From assembly GCA_036676395.1 (NCBI GenBank), contig JAKFCY010000002.1:1376001-1440000 (forward strand): a DNA stretch of 64,000 nucleotides, read 5' to 3'. A program made the position numbers and the translations under genes. This stretch comes from Bdellovibrio sp. Lineage in GTDB: Bacteria; Bdellovibrionota; Bdellovibrionia; Bdellovibrionales; Bdellovibrionaceae. A model generated the notes under the pieces. It saw only the letters and a program-made list of their open reading frames with translations, was not told the DNA's origin and made no database searches. Shown in pieces: positions 48,065 to 58,648 of this stretch (positions within the stretch are counted from its first letter, which is position 1; the number at the start of each line of letters is the position of its first letter).

Positions 48065-49336
48065 TTAAATTTGACCCTGAACTTCGGCTTCAACCATCGC
48101 TTCTTGATCGGTGGCCGTCGGGTGGTCTAAATATTTCAATTTTTGTAAAATCACTAAAGTAAATAAACCCACACCGATCGCCATGTAACCAACGGCGGGG
48201 TAATTTAATAAACGTCCATCTTTAGGGTCAATCATAACAATCATTCCCGCAATGTAAGAGCCTGCAGCCATAGCGAGTGACTGTAAACAACTTAAAAGGC
48301 TCATGAAGGCTCCGCGCTGTTGTGCTGAGACTGCGCCAGACACAAGCGCCTGTGCAGGAATCATTCGTGATCCTGCCGATATAAAAAATAAACTGGCCAC
48401 AATTAGCACAATCCAGAGACTGTCTTTTCCTTGATGGGTCACCAAAAATATCGGAATGATCGAAAATAAAATCGAGTACATATAGATCTTAGCTTTGCCG
48501 TAGCGATCCGAAAGTCTTCCGACCAGAGGGGCACTAAAAAAGGAACAAATTCCACCTATTAAGTAAATCAAGGTCAGTTCTCTTTCGCTAAGGCCGGCAT
48601 TCACAACCTGAGAAGTGGCAATAAACGGAATAATGCTAAAATGCGAGAACATCACAAAAAACATAAAAATTAAAGACATGCGCTGAACCGGTGATTGCAG
48701 AACTGAAACGACGGGTTGCCAGAATGTGATTTTAGGCACTTTGTGCATTTCGGGAATGTCAGGCTGAAGATGTTTATTAATTTTCGGAACGTAGCGATAA
48801 ATTCCAACTAAGATAATTAAACATAAGGCAGCTAAGAAAATAAAAGGCGAATACCAAGTTAATGATTGTGAAAGAAAAATAGAAAATGGCACGCCAAAAA
48901 TTGAGGCTGCTGAAAATGCCGTAGCCAAAAAGCCCATGGCCATGCCGCGACGTTTGTAATCAATCAGATCGCTTGCGATTGAAAGAATTATCGAATTCAT
49001 CACGCCGCCAAAAAAACCGGTCATCGAGCGAGCGATAAGTAAGGTGTGGTAGTCGCGAGCTATGCCGCAAAATATCGTGGCTAAAGTAAACCCGGCAAAT
49101 AAAATAATCAGACTTTTTTTGCGATCAAAACGATCCATGTAAAACGAAGCTAAAAATCCTGAAATACCCGCAAAAAAAGTGTAACTTGAAACTAATAAAC
49201 TAAATTGCTGGGCTTCGATCGAAAAAAGACGCATCAATTGGGTTCCCATCGGCATGATAATCATGAAATCCACGATGTGATTAAATTGAACGAAAGCTAA
49301 GATGGTTAATATTTTTTTCTCTAAAGATGTAAACAC
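48065..49336 (-). CDS. MFS transporter
   Basis: About 12 TM segments; motif A MDRFDRKK and LSDRYGK. Confidence 0.9.
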   Translation of the reverse strand: MFTSLEKKILTILAFVQFNHIVDFMIIMPMGTQLMRLFSIEAQQFSLLVSSYTFFAGISGFLASFYMDRFDRKKSLIILFAGFTLATIFCGIARDYHTLLIARSMTGFFGGVMNSIILSIASDLIDYKRRGMAMGFLATAFSAASIFGVPFSIFLSQSLTWYSPFIFLAALCLIILVGIYRYVPKINKHLQPDIPEMHKVPKITFWQPVVSVLQSPVQRMSLIFMFFVMFSHFSIIPFIATSQVVNAGLSERELTLIYLIGGICSFFSAPLVGRLSDRYGKAKIYMYSILFSIIPIFLVTHQGKDSLWIVLIVASLFFISAGSRMIPAQALVSGAVSAQQRGAFMSLLSCLQSLAMAAGSYIAGMIVMIDPKDGRLLNYPAVGYMAIGVGLFTLVILQKLKYLDHPTATDQEAMVEAEVQGQI

Positions 49337-49401
49337 AATCTTTAGAGTCTATCTTTTGGTATAGTTCTCTTAAAGGTTTTCTTTTGTGAACGTCCTGCGT
49401 T

Positions 49402-49866
49402 ATGTGGTATAAAATTAATATGTGGATAAAAATACTTTCAGTAACTAAAACAGCGTTCATAACTTTTGCAATTTTCTTCGTTTTATTTTGGATTTTTATC
49501 TGGAATTTTTCTTTTGTTTTTAAACAAAAAGTCATAGGTGAAGTGCAAAAAATTGAGCATGTTAGTCCGCAGGCTATAATCACGAATAATATGCCGATGA
49601 ATCCTCAAGTTTTTTCGTATTCAGTCGCCATTAAAGATCTGCGCACGAATGAAATTCATATGGCTTCCAGTGAAGATCGTAAATGGGGGGCTGTTCAGCC
49701 CGGAAACTGCGTGGTCGCTGCGTTTTTTCCTTACGAACCATGGAGGCTATCTAAAGGGATGACCGATAGAAATGCTCGTCTTTTGCAAAATTTTACGAAT
49801 TGTGCTGATGTTCCAGACAATGGTGGTTTCATCAGTTGGTTGAAGTTCTTTTTCTTAATTTATTAG
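49402..49866 (+). CDS. Hypothetical membrane-anchored protein
   Basis: 154-aa ORF with N-terminal TM; exact start uncertain. Confidence 0.7.
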   Translation: MWYKINMWIKILSVTKTAFITFAIFFVLFWIFIWNFSFVFKQKVIGEVQKIEHVSPQAIITNNMPMNPQVFSYSVAIKDLRTNEIHMASSEDRKWGAVQPGNCVVAAFFPYEPWRLSKGMTDRNARLLQNFTNCADVPDNGGFISWLKFFFLIY

Positions 49867-50006
49867 CGAAAAATTGAAGTCACAAGAGCTTGTGCACGCA
49901 ATGGGTATGAGCTTCTTTGCTGATTTGATTTTTGGTAAATCATGTATGTCAGAGTCAACATCATGAATACGATAAACCAATTTCTCATTTGCATGTAATG
50001 AAGCAT
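49863..50006 (-). CDS. Small (47 aa) single-TM protein, not in the ORF track
   Basis: MLHYMQMRNWFIVFMMLTLTYMIYQKSNQQRSSYPLRAQALVTSIFR; AAGG upstream, 12 nt after the pgsA stop; 4-nt convergent stop overlap. Confidence 0.5.
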   Translation of the reverse strand: MLHYMQMRNWFIVFMMLTLTYMIYQKSNQQRSSYPLRAQALVTSIFR

Positions 50007-50018
50007 ATAAAACCTTTT

Positions 50019-50570
50019 TTAAGACTTCTTTTCGTCTAAATAGAGTTTGAAGTAATCCCAACCACTGATCAGGCTTAATAAAACACTGAACCAAAGAAGT
50101 CCATATCCGATTTTTAAGTTAGGAAAGTAGGGGTGTATTTCGTTCACCATCATGAAAGGAACGGATATCATTTGTAAAGCCGCCTTCCATTTGCCCGTCG
50201 TTTGAGCAGGAATAATTAAGCCATCGGCTGAAGCTGCAGCCCTAATTCCGCCCACCAAAGTGTCGCGGGTTAGAAATAACATCACCATCCAAGGATCAAT
50301 TTTTTGCTGATGTAATAGGATCACTAAGATAGCCATCACCAAGATTTTATCGGCAACCGGATCTAAGAATTTACCCAAATTTGTAACGGCATTATATTTA
50401 CGTGCAAAGTAGCCATCGTAATAATCAGTGATTGAAGCTGCATAAAAAAGAAGAACAGCCATCCAATCTAAATAATATCCTTCAAAGTTTTTGCTATAAA
50501 GTAACAAGACTGCCACAGGAATCGTAGCAAAGATGCGGGCCACCGTAAGTATAAGAGGTAGTTTCTTCAT
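50019..50570 (-). CDS. pgsA: CDP-diacylglycerol-glycerol-3-phosphate 3-phosphatidyltransferase
   Basis: TDYYDGYFARKYNAVTNLGKFLDPVADK, GKWK; start set at the ATG at 50570. Confidence 0.94.
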   Translation of the reverse strand: MKKLPLILTVARIFATIPVAVLLLYSKNFEGYYLDWMAVLLFYAASITDYYDGYFARKYNAVTNLGKFLDPVADKILVMAILVILLHQQKIDPWMVMLFLTRDTLVGGIRAAASADGLIIPAQTTGKWKAALQMISVPFMMVNEIHPYFPNLKIGYGLLWFSVLLSLISGWDYFKLYLDEKKS

Positions 50571-50611
50571 TCGCTTTGATCTTGAGTTCAAAGGCTAGCT
50601 TATGTCAAGAT

Positions 50612-51034
50612 ATGTCGATGTTTACATTTACACGCAATATTCACGTTTACGAGACAGATTTGATGGGAATAGTTCACCATTCGAATTATCTGCGTTTCTG
50701 CGAAGAGGCCCGCGTTGCATGGTGTAAGGCCTTTGTTGCCCATGAAAAAAGCGATTTTGAACATCAAAATATTTTCGATCTGACTGTGGTTGAAACACAC
50801 GTAAAACACAAAGCGCCAATTAAGTATCGCGACAATGTTCGAATCGAAGTGCAGGCGCAAACCACCGGAGTACTATTACGCTTTCAATATAAACTTTTAA
50901 ATGACACAAATATTTGTGCCATTGCTGAAACTAGTCACTGTAGTGTAAATGAGAAATTAAAACCAAAGCGTCTGGCGCAGAAATATATCGACGCAGCTAA
51001 AAAGGATACCCCATGGACAGAAACCTGGCTTTAG
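50612..51034 (+). CDS. YbgC/4HBT-like acyl-CoA thioesterase
   Basis: VYETDLMGIVHHSNYLRFCEEAR; start 50612 or 50618. Confidence 0.87.
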   Translation: MSMFTFTRNIHVYETDLMGIVHHSNYLRFCEEARVAWCKAFVAHEKSDFEHQNIFDLTVVETHVKHKAPIKYRDNVRIEVQAQTTGVLLRFQYKLLNDTNICAIAETSHCSVNEKLKPKRLAQKYIDAAKKDTPWTETWL

Positions 51035-51978
51035 AATTTGTACGTATTACCGAAGCAGCAGCAATAGCCTCAGCAAAATGGATCGGCTCAGGCCAAGAAA
51101 AAGCCGCTGACCAAGCGGCTGTAGATGCCATGAGAAAAGCCTTTGATTCTGTTCGTATGGACGGAACCGTAGTGATTGGCGAAGGCGAGCGCGATGAAGC
51201 TCCGATGTTATATATCGGCGAAAAAGTGGGTAATAAATCTGACGATGCTCCTCAAATTGATATCGCACTAGATCCTTTAGAAGGAACAACAATCTGTGCC
51301 ACTGGCGGAGTCGGTTCAATCTCTGTAATGGCGATGGCTGAACGTGGCGGTTTTTTACATGCGCCAGACACTTACATGGATAAAATTGCTGTAGGTCCTG
51401 AAGCAAAGGGTTGTATTGATATTGATAAATCTGCTACAGAAAATTTAAATCGCATTTCTGAAATGTTAAAAAAACCAGTCAATGAAATCACAGCGGTTAT
51501 TTTAGATCGTCCTCGTCATAAAGAATTAATTGCCGAAGTTCGTAAAGCCGGTGCACGCATTCACTTAATCGGTGATGGCGATGTTTCGGCAGCTGTTGCG
51601 GCTGCGTGGCCAGATTCGGGCGTCGATGTGTTGTTCGGTATTGGTGGTGCGCCTGAAGGCGTAATTTCTGCCGCAGCTATGCGTTGTTTAGGTGGAGACT
51701 TTCAAGGTCGTCTAAAATTCAGAAATGAAGAAGAAAAAGAACGCGCATTGCGTATGGGCGTGAAAGATTTAAATAAAAAATACTCATTAAATGAATTAGC
51801 GTCAGGGCATGTGATGTTCTGTGCAACTGGCGTGACTGACGGACCTTTTTTAAAAGGTGTTAAAGTTTACCCAGGTCGCAAAGCGCGCACGCACTCAGTG
51901 GTCATGCGTTCACAAACCGGAACAATCAGAAACGTAGAAACGTATCATGATTTTTCGGTAAAATCGGGTTTACTCTAG
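51013..51978 (+). CDS. glpX: Fructose-1,6-bisphosphatase class II
   Basis: VIGEGERDEAPMLYIGE, DPLEGT, LDRPRH, DGDV, GGAPEGV, ATGVTDG. Confidence 0.96.
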   Translation: MDRNLALEFVRITEAAAIASAKWIGSGQEKAADQAAVDAMRKAFDSVRMDGTVVIGEGERDEAPMLYIGEKVGNKSDDAPQIDIALDPLEGTTICATGGVGSISVMAMAERGGFLHAPDTYMDKIAVGPEAKGCIDIDKSATENLNRISEMLKKPVNEITAVILDRPRHKELIAEVRKAGARIHLIGDGDVSAAVAAAWPDSGVDVLFGIGGAPEGVISAAAMRCLGGDFQGRLKFRNEEEKERALRMGVKDLNKKYSLNELASGHVMFCATGVTDGPFLKGVKVYPGRKARTHSVVMRSQTGTIRNVETYHDFSVKSGLL

Positions 51979-51982
51979 TTTA

Positions 51983-52264
51983 ATGGAATTGATTTGTTTT
52001 CGTTGTCAGAAAGGCAATAAAATCGATGGCAAGATCGGGTACCGTGAAGAATGTTTTCACTGTAAAGCCGATCTTCATGCCTGCAAGAATTGCCATTTTT
52101 ACGATGTCAAAGCTTACAACGAATGCCGCGAACCATCTGCAGAAGTGGTGCGTGATAAAGAAAAATTTAATTTCTGTGATTTTTTTCAACCCGGTGGTCG
52201 CGGGCCGGCTCAAGATGAGAAGGCTAAACTAAAAGCAGCTGCCGACGCATTATTTAAAAAATAA
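51983..52264 (+). CDS. Small Cys-rich (zinc-ribbon-like) hypothetical protein
   Basis: CxxC..CxxC..CxxC..C..C pattern, within operon. Confidence 0.75.
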   Translation: MELICFRCQKGNKIDGKIGYREECFHCKADLHACKNCHFYDVKAYNECREPSAEVVRDKEKFNFCDFFQPGGRGPAQDEKAKLKAAADALFKK

Positions 52265-52284
52265 TTAAAAGGAGATAACGGATT

Positions 52285-52719
52285 ATGGCAACAGCACAAA
52301 CAACGGAAGTTTTTAACTGCACTCCAGAAGAGTTTTTCAAAGTCGTAGCCGATTTTGAAAAATACCCTGAATTTTTACCAGAAGTAAAATCTGTAAAAAT
52401 CACGAAAAACGAAGGCACCACTAAAGAAATGGAATACAGCGTTTCATTAGTTAAAACTTTTAAATATAAATTAAAGGCCACAGAGGTTGCTCCTTCAAAA
52501 GTGGATTTTCACTTTGTGGAAGGTGATGTTTTTAAAACCATGAAAGGCAGCTGGAATATTGCCCCAGAAGGATCTGACAAATGTAAAGTCAACTACACGG
52601 TTGAAGCTACTTTTGGAATGTTTGTGCCTGGCCCCATGGCTAACACGCTGGTCAGTGTGAATTTGCCGATTATGATTAATAATTTTAAAAACAGAATCAA
52701 AAAAGTGTACGGGAAGTAA
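52285..52719 (+). CDS. SRPBCC/polyketide-cyclase (RatA-like) protein
   Basis: VADFEKYPEFLP, F..MKGSW motifs; GGAG RBS. Confidence 0.85.
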   Translation: MATAQTTEVFNCTPEEFFKVVADFEKYPEFLPEVKSVKITKNEGTTKEMEYSVSLVKTFKYKLKATEVAPSKVDFHFVEGDVFKTMKGSWNIAPEGSDKCKVNYTVEATFGMFVPGPMANTLVSVNLPIMINNFKNRIKKVYGK

Positions 52720-52722
52720 TCA

Positions 52723-53025
52723 GTGAGTAATAACGAGAGCGAAAAAGACCCTAAAAGTAAAGATCCAAAAATCACCGACGCTATTAAAAAGATTCTGACG
52801 GCGGGTAGCCCAACTGATATTTCTAAAGAGCTTTTAACAACAGTGGTTGCTCAGGTCTTAAAAACTAAAGATGACATCACTTTAAAAGCGACCAATGAAA
52901 TGGTTGCGATGATTCAAAAAATTGATTTTGTAAAAGAATTTTCGAAATTTGCTGAAAATCACAAATTTAAGGTGTCAGCAGAAATTGAAATTCTAAAAAA
53001 AGAGGACCCAAAGCCTCAAGGTTAG
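52723..53025 (+). CDS. Hypothetical protein
   Basis: 100-aa ORF tightly packed in operon. Confidence 0.7.
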   Translation: MSNNESEKDPKSKDPKITDAIKKILTAGSPTDISKELLTTVVAQVLKTKDDITLKATNEMVAMIQKIDFVKEFSKFAENHKFKVSAEIEILKKEDPKPQG

Positions 53026-53032
53026 GTCTCGT

Positions 53033-54457
53033 ATGGCTAGTTTTAAAACTTTTAATCCCACTTCAGGAGCGTTCTTAGAAGAGTACCCGTTTGCGACAGC
53101 AGCGGATATTTCGCGCAGTCTTGAAGGTTTACAGATGGGTTTTCAGCGTTGGAAAGAATTAAGCTTTTCTGAACGTCAAAAAACTCTGCGTCCAGCTGTA
53201 GGTTTGTTTAACCAGCACAAAGAAGAGTTGGCAAAATCAATCACTGAAGAAATGGGGAAGCCCTATTTTCAATCTTTAGCCGAAATCGATAAAGCGCTGC
53301 AGTCTTTAGAATACATGTGTTCTACTCCGTGCCCAGAACTCGATGTGAAAGCTGTTAAAACTTTCAGTGATAGTGAAAAAACAAGCCATCAAATTTATCA
53401 CAAACCAAAAGGTATTATTTTAGGCGTAATGCCGTGGAATTTTCCGTTTTGGCAATCGGTGCGCATGATTTTTCCGGCGCTTTTGGCCGGCAATACTGTA
53501 CTTTTAAAACATTCTGAAAATACGCCGACTACCGGAAATTTTATTAAAAAAATTCTTTCTCGGGTAGACGTTAAAAATATTTTTGATCATTTGATTTTTG
53601 ATCATAGCTTAACTGAATCAGTTATTGCCGATCATCGCGTTCATGGCGTAAGTCTTACCGGTTCTGTAAAGGCTGGCTATTTACTATCTGAATATGCCGG
53701 AAAACACATGAAGCGCGGGGTGTTTGAATTAGGTGGCAGCGATGCGCATTTAGTTTTAAATGATGCAGACATCGTAAAAACTGCCGCTAACATTGCAAAA
53801 TCCCGCCTACAAAACACAGGGCAAAGCTGTATCGCTGCAAAACGGGTGATTGTTAATCGCCAGATTTCTAATGAACTTATCGACCAGTTAGTTGTAAATT
53901 TTGATAAGCAAGTCTATGGCAACGTTTTTGACCGTAAAACCACGCTTGGGCCTTTGGCGCATCATCGGTTTAAGCCTGAAGATGAAGCCCGTTTTAGCTA
54001 TGTAAAGCCGTTCTGCGAAGTGATTTACGAACGTTACCCCGATCAGGCCATTATCAAATCTTTAGCCGAAGAGTCATCAAGACAAGCTTTTGTGCCGCTG
54101 CGAATTTTAAAAGTTAAAAAAGCCACCGATGAATTTATGAAGTACATGAAAACTAATGAATTCTTTTCGCCGACGTTGATTGTTTTTGAATATAACAACG
54201 TCGAAGATGGTTTAGCTCTCGTAAATCATACGCAATTTGGTCTTGGCGGCTCGGTTTATTCTGAAGATATTTTTCGGGCTCATGAGGTGGCGCGAAAATT
54301 TGAATCGGGTATGGTTTCAATTAATGATGCCGTTGCCTCTAATGTGATGTTGCCGTTTGGCGGTGTAAAGTCATCTGGTATTGGGCGCGAAATGGGAATG
54401 CAGGGTTACACCGAATTTACTGACATTCAGGTCTTAACAACGAACCGATTAAATTAA
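53033..54457 (+). CDS. NAD(P)-dependent aldehyde dehydrogenase (succinate-semialdehyde dehydrogenase-like)
   Basis: MPWNFP, LTGS, ELGGSD, NTGQSCIA, PFGGVKSSGIGRE. Confidence 0.9.
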   Translation: MASFKTFNPTSGAFLEEYPFATAADISRSLEGLQMGFQRWKELSFSERQKTLRPAVGLFNQHKEELAKSITEEMGKPYFQSLAEIDKALQSLEYMCSTPCPELDVKAVKTFSDSEKTSHQIYHKPKGIILGVMPWNFPFWQSVRMIFPALLAGNTVLLKHSENTPTTGNFIKKILSRVDVKNIFDHLIFDHSLTESVIADHRVHGVSLTGSVKAGYLLSEYAGKHMKRGVFELGGSDAHLVLNDADIVKTAANIAKSRLQNTGQSCIAAKRVIVNRQISNELIDQLVVNFDKQVYGNVFDRKTTLGPLAHHRFKPEDEARFSYVKPFCEVIYERYPDQAIIKSLAEESSRQAFVPLRILKVKKATDEFMKYMKTNEFFSPTLIVFEYNNVEDGLALVNHTQFGLGGSVYSEDIFRAHEVARKFESGMVSINDAVASNVMLPFGGVKSSGIGREMGMQGYTEFTDIQVLTTNRLN

Positions 54458-54462
54458 AACAT

Positions 54463-55416
54463 ATGTCATGGAATGATTTTGAGCACTCAATTTGGAAACA
54501 GTTAAAAAGCGAAAGTCTGCATGAGCGTTCTGAATTTATTTTAGCGATTTCAGGTGGTTTAGATTCGATGGTACTGCTTCAAGCCATGCAGAAATTAAAA
54601 CCCCAGGCTCAGCTAGTCGTGGCGCATTTTCATCACGGCGAAAGTGATGATCCCGAAATTAAAACGTACCGTGAACAAGCGATGCAAATGGTAAAATCAT
54701 ACTGTGACACCCATAAGCTCAAGTTTTTTTCGGGTAAATCTTTAGATAAATTATCCAGCGAAGACGAATTTCGTCAAAAGCGCCTTCATTTTTTTGCACA
54801 AGTAAAAGCAGATTTTCCGCAAAGTGTTTTTGTAACTGCTCATCATAAGGATGATCTTTTAGAAACCTGGCTATTAAAAATGATTCGCGGAAGCGGGCCA
54901 GAAGGTTTAGAAAATTTCAAATTTTGGAACCAGCAGACTTTAAGGCCATTATTATCATTCACAAAAGCTGAAATTCTATACTACGCCCAAACTGAAGGAT
55001 TAACTTGGTTAGATGACCCGTCTAATCAGGCAAACGACTATCTGCGCAATTGGTTGCGTAACGAATGGTTGAAGATATTGGCTGATAAAGTTCCGGGTTC
55101 AATTGCAAATCTGACGAATTCTTTTCAGCGTTTAATTGATGAAATAAAAGATGATGATCAGACGATAGTTATTAATTATCAGAACAGCTCGACCAAAGCC
55201 TTATTTGATCGCACAGAATTTCTACAATTGAGTCACTCAGATCAATTTAAAACACTGGCGAAAGCCCTAAAAGGCATCGGTCAACGTGACTTTTCTCAAG
55301 GTCAACTAGAAGAAATAATTAAGCGCCTCGACAAAAATCAAAAAGACCTCATATTTTCTATAGCGGGCGTTAATTGGTTTATTAACGCAGAGCAAGTTAT
55401 GCTACAATTTACGTAA
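54463..55416 (+). CDS. tilS: tRNA(Ile)-lysidine synthetase (short form)
   Basis: SGGLDS, AHHKDD..ET, RPLL, DDPSN, RN.LR; directly upstream of ftsH. Confidence 0.9.
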   Translation: MSWNDFEHSIWKQLKSESLHERSEFILAISGGLDSMVLLQAMQKLKPQAQLVVAHFHHGESDDPEIKTYREQAMQMVKSYCDTHKLKFFSGKSLDKLSSEDEFRQKRLHFFAQVKADFPQSVFVTAHHKDDLLETWLLKMIRGSGPEGLENFKFWNQQTLRPLLSFTKAEILYYAQTEGLTWLDDPSNQANDYLRNWLRNEWLKILADKVPGSIANLTNSFQRLIDEIKDDDQTIVINYQNSSTKALFDRTEFLQLSHSDQFKTLAKALKGIGQRDFSQGQLEEIIKRLDKNQKDLIFSIAGVNWFINAEQVMLQFT

Positions 55417-55444
55417 CTTGTAGATTCATAAAAAGGAATTTTAG

Positions 55445-57400
55445 ATGAAGACAAATCAGAAAACACTGGCCCTTTGGTTTTTTATCCTAATCATGTCGAT
55501 TTTCGTTTTCCAGGCCTGGGAAATTAAACGACAAAAAACAATTGCAGATTTTGATTATCCAAAATTCTTAAAAGCTGTTGAGCTTAAAGAAGTTAAAGAT
55601 GACACGATCATTTTTATGCCGGATGCAAAAGTGATCCGTGGTGAAATTAAACCAGAATTTGAAAAACGCTATGCTGGGCACCGCTTTGAATTTTCGGGCG
55701 ATACTGACAAGGCTTACGAAGAGATCAAAAAATTTGGCTACATTCCAAAATATGAAAATGCACAAAGTGACAGTTTCTTATCTTCATTTTTTATAAACTG
55801 GTTACCGTTACTTTTAATCGTCGGTATGTTTATTTTTATCATGCGCCAAATTCAATCCGGTGGCGGCAAAGCGATGTCATTTGGTAAGTCACGTGCAAAG
55901 CTTGTCGAAAATAAGAATCGCGTGATGTTTAAAGACGTTGCTGGTGTAGATGAAGCCAAAGATGATTTACAGGAAATCGTTCATTTTTTAAAAGACCCGA
56001 AAAAATTCACTAAACTTGGTGGTCGTATTCCAAAAGGGGTTTTACTAGTTGGTCCTCCGGGAACAGGTAAAACATTATTAGCTCGTGCGGTAGCCGGTGA
56101 AGCCGGTGCGCCTTTCTTTACAATCTCTGGCTCTGACTTTGTTGAAATGTTCGTGGGCGTGGGCGCAAGTCGCGTGCGTGATCTATTTGAGCAGGGTAAG
56201 AAAAACGCTCCATGCCTTATCTTCATCGATGAGATCGATGCCGTAGGACGCCATCGTGGCGCCGGTATGGGTGGTGGTCATGATGAACGTGAACAAACAC
56301 TTAATCAATTATTAGTTGAGATGGATGGTTTTGAATCTACTGAGGGCGTAATTTTAATTGCTGCCACAAATAGACCAGACGTATTAGATCCAGCATTACT
56401 TCGCCCAGGTCGTTTCGATCGTCGCGTTGTTGTTGGTAAGCCAGATCTTAAAGGTCGTGAACATATCTTAACTGTGCACATGAAAAAAACTCCACTTGGG
56501 CCTGATGTTGATGTGACTAAGATTGCTCGTGGAACACCTGGATTTTCTGGAGCTGATTTAGAAAATTTAGTGAATGAAGCAGCTCTTGTGGCAGCTCGTA
56601 ATGATAAAAAATATCTTGAGATGGAAGACTTTGAACGAGCAAAAGACAAAGTCATCATGGGTGCAGAGCGTAAATCAATGGTGATGTCTGAAGAAGACCG
56701 TAAAAATACGGCCTACCATGAAGCAGGACATACACTTGTAGGGGTTGTGCTTCCGGGTTTAGATCCAATTCACAAAGTGACTATTATTCCTCGTGGTATG
56801 GCATTAGGTCTTACGCAAACTCTTCCAGAAAAAGATCAAGTTTCGTTTTCTAAACGTCAGGCCGAAAACTGGATCGCTTTTGCTTTCGGCGGTCGTGCTG
56901 CTGAAGAATTAATTTTTACCGATTACACAACAGGTGCTGCAAATGATATCGAGCGCGCAACGAATATGGCTCGTAAAATGGTCACTGAATGGGGTATGTC
57001 TCCATTAGGACCAATTGGGTATGAATCAAATACCGGCCCTGTATTTTTAGGAATGGGACACGGAAACCAGCAAAAAAATTACTCTGAAGCCAAAGCTCAG
57101 GAGATCGATGCTCAGATTTCAAGTATCATCAACACAGGGTATGCAACAGCTGTTAAAATTTTAAAAGATCACCGCGAAGCTTTAGAAAAAATCACGCAAG
57201 CTTTATTAGAGTTTGAAACGATTGATGGCGCTGAAGTAGATATGCTTGTTAAAGGTGCGGCAGTTTCAGAAATCCATAAAGTACGTGCGAATAAAAAAGA
57301 ATCAAGCTCATCTGGTGGTGGCGGGCATCACGGCGTGATTATTGATCCAGATAACACATCTCCAATTCCTACAGGTAAAAAACCTGTACCAGTTTCGTAA
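55445..57400 (+). CDS. ftsH: ATP-dependent zinc metalloprotease FtsH
   Basis: [11 protein letters not shown] motif [14 protein letters not shown]. Confidence 0.98.
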   Translation: MKTNQKTLALWFFILIMSIFVFQAWEIKRQKTIADFDYPKFLKAVELKEVKDDTIIFMPDAKVIRGEIKPEFEKRYAGHRFEFSGDTDKAYEEIKKFGYIPKYENAQSDSFLSSFFINWLPLLLIVGMFIFIMRQIQSGGGKAMSFGKSRAKLVENKNRVMFKDVAGVDEAKDDLQEIVHFLKDPKKFTKLGGRIPKGVLLVGPPGTGKTLLARAVAGEAGAPFFTISGSDFVEMFVGVGASRVRDLFEQGKKNAPCLIFIDEIDAVGRHRGAGMGGGHDEREQTLNQLLVEMDGFESTEGVILIAATNRPDVLDPALLRPGRFDRRVVVGKPDLKGREHILTVHMKKTPLGPDVDVTKIARGTPGFSGADLENLVNEAALVAARNDKKYLEMEDFERAKDKVIMGAERKSMVMSEEDRKNTAYHEAGHTLVGVVLPGLDPIHKVTIIPRGMALGLTQTLPEKDQVSFSKRQAENWIAFAFGGRAAEELIFTDYTTGAANDIERATNMARKMVTEWGMSPLGPIGYESNTGPVFLGMGHGNQQKNYSEAKAQEIDAQISSIINTGYATAVKILKDHREALEKITQALLEFETIDGAEVDMLVKGAAVSEIHKVRANKKESSSSGGGGHHGVIIDPDNTSPIPTGKKPVPVS

Positions 57401-57411
57401 AGTAATTATTG

Positions 57412-58227
57412 ATGAATTACTTTCAAACATTCTGGGAAAACTTAATCTTTATCAGTTCACACCTGAGAGCGCAGGATGTCTTTGACATCTTGCTGGTGTG
57501 GTTAGTTATTTATCGCGTTCTGATGATTATTCGTCGTACTGGCACGGTGCAAATCCTGTCAGGCTTAGGGATTTTAGCGATCACTTATATCATGACGATA
57601 TGGTTTGAGTTTTTCACGATGAATTGGCTTTTAGAGAAATTCTTTTCAAATTTGTTTGTTATTATCGTCGTGCTTTTCCAAGCCGAGATTCGCAGAGCTT
57701 TAGCACAAATCGGAAGTCATCCGCTATTTTCAGATGTGTCTGCCGTGATGGAAACTCACATGGTCGAAGAGATCGCAAAAGGTGTAATTACCGCAGCAGA
57801 AAAAGGCTACGGCGCACTTTTAGTGATTGAAAAAGACATTATGGTTGATTACCACATCGAAATCGGAACCGAAATGGATTCGCGCGTTTCAGTAGAATTA
57901 ATTCAGTCAATTTTTCACCCGCAAGCACCTATGCATGACGGAGCAGTTCTAATTCGTTCAGGTAAAATTGCTTATGCCGGTTGTTTTTTGCCGTTAAGTA
58001 AAAATCCGGCTTTAGATAAGAATTTAGGAACCCGCCATAGAGCCGCGATTGGTTTAACTGAAGAAACTGATGCCGTAGTGTTGGTGGTTTCAGAAGAAAC
58101 TAAATCGATCAGTATCGTGACCGGCGGGCATATGCGCCCGAATGTAGAATTGATTGATGTACGTATGGCTCTATACGAGGCTTTTGGTTTAAAATATAAA
58201 GTTCATCATCACGAAGGTGTTTCATAA
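57412..58227 (+). CDS. cdaA: Diadenylate cyclase CdaA
   Basis: 3 TM segments, FQ.EIRRAL, HDGA, GTRHRAA, VSEE. Confidence 0.93.
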   Translation: MNYFQTFWENLIFISSHLRAQDVFDILLVWLVIYRVLMIIRRTGTVQILSGLGILAITYIMTIWFEFFTMNWLLEKFFSNLFVIIVVLFQAEIRRALAQIGSHPLFSDVSAVMETHMVEEIAKGVITAAEKGYGALLVIEKDIMVDYHIEIGTEMDSRVSVELIQSIFHPQAPMHDGAVLIRSGKIAYAGCFLPLSKNPALDKNLGTRHRAAIGLTEETDAVVLVVSEETKSISIVTGGHMRPNVELIDVRMALYEAFGLKYKVHHHEGVS

Positions 58228-58637
58228 TGCCGCAACATCATGTCGATAAATTTCGCCTTTTTAGATCATTTTTCTCTGATAACTTAAGTTATAAAGTGGT
58301 CTCGTTATTTGTGGCCTTAATTCTTTGGATTTCCATTCTTGGCCGTCGTGACTTTGTCACGACTAAGGAGATGGAAGTGACTTTTAGGCTTCCGCCGGGA
58401 TATATGGTCGCATCTCAAAGCCATGATAAACTTCGGGTGAAGATTTCAGGCTCGCAACCAGTGCTTAAAAAGTACAAAGATAGTTTTAAAAAAGTCGCAT
58501 TTGATCTGGCTGATAGCGGTGAAGGCTTAGTTGAGATTGATGTTCCGAATAATCGCATTGATGTCCCGGATGGGGTTAAGGTTTTAAACGTGAAGCCTAA
58601 CGTGATTCGAGTTGAAATCGTTCGAATTAAAAACTAG
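58227..58637 (+). CDS. cdaR: CdaR/YbbR-like regulator (single domain)
   Basis: KVVSLFVALILW anchor, V.ISG motif; lies between cdaA and glmM. Confidence 0.75.
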   Translation: MPQHHVDKFRLFRSFFSDNLSYKVVSLFVALILWISILGRRDFVTTKEMEVTFRLPPGYMVASQSHDKLRVKISGSQPVLKKYKDSFKKVAFDLADSGEGLVEIDVPNNRIDVPDGVKVLNVKPNVIRVEIVRIKN

Positions 58638-58648
58638 AATCTGACTCT

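Noticed and set aside
48050..48065. 6S RNA/zapA block often found upstream of rny
   Set aside because: Only 14 nt separate rny from the MFS gene, leaving no room
48065..49336. MFS as the inner-membrane pump for the HlyD/TolC-like pair
   Set aside because: Separated from that operon by rny and another gene, and appears co-transcribed with rny; cannot be excluded but has no support
49855..50094. 79-aa ORF from the track
   Set aside because: Overlaps pgsA out of frame; the 47-aa frame 49863..50006 fits the gap and RBS better
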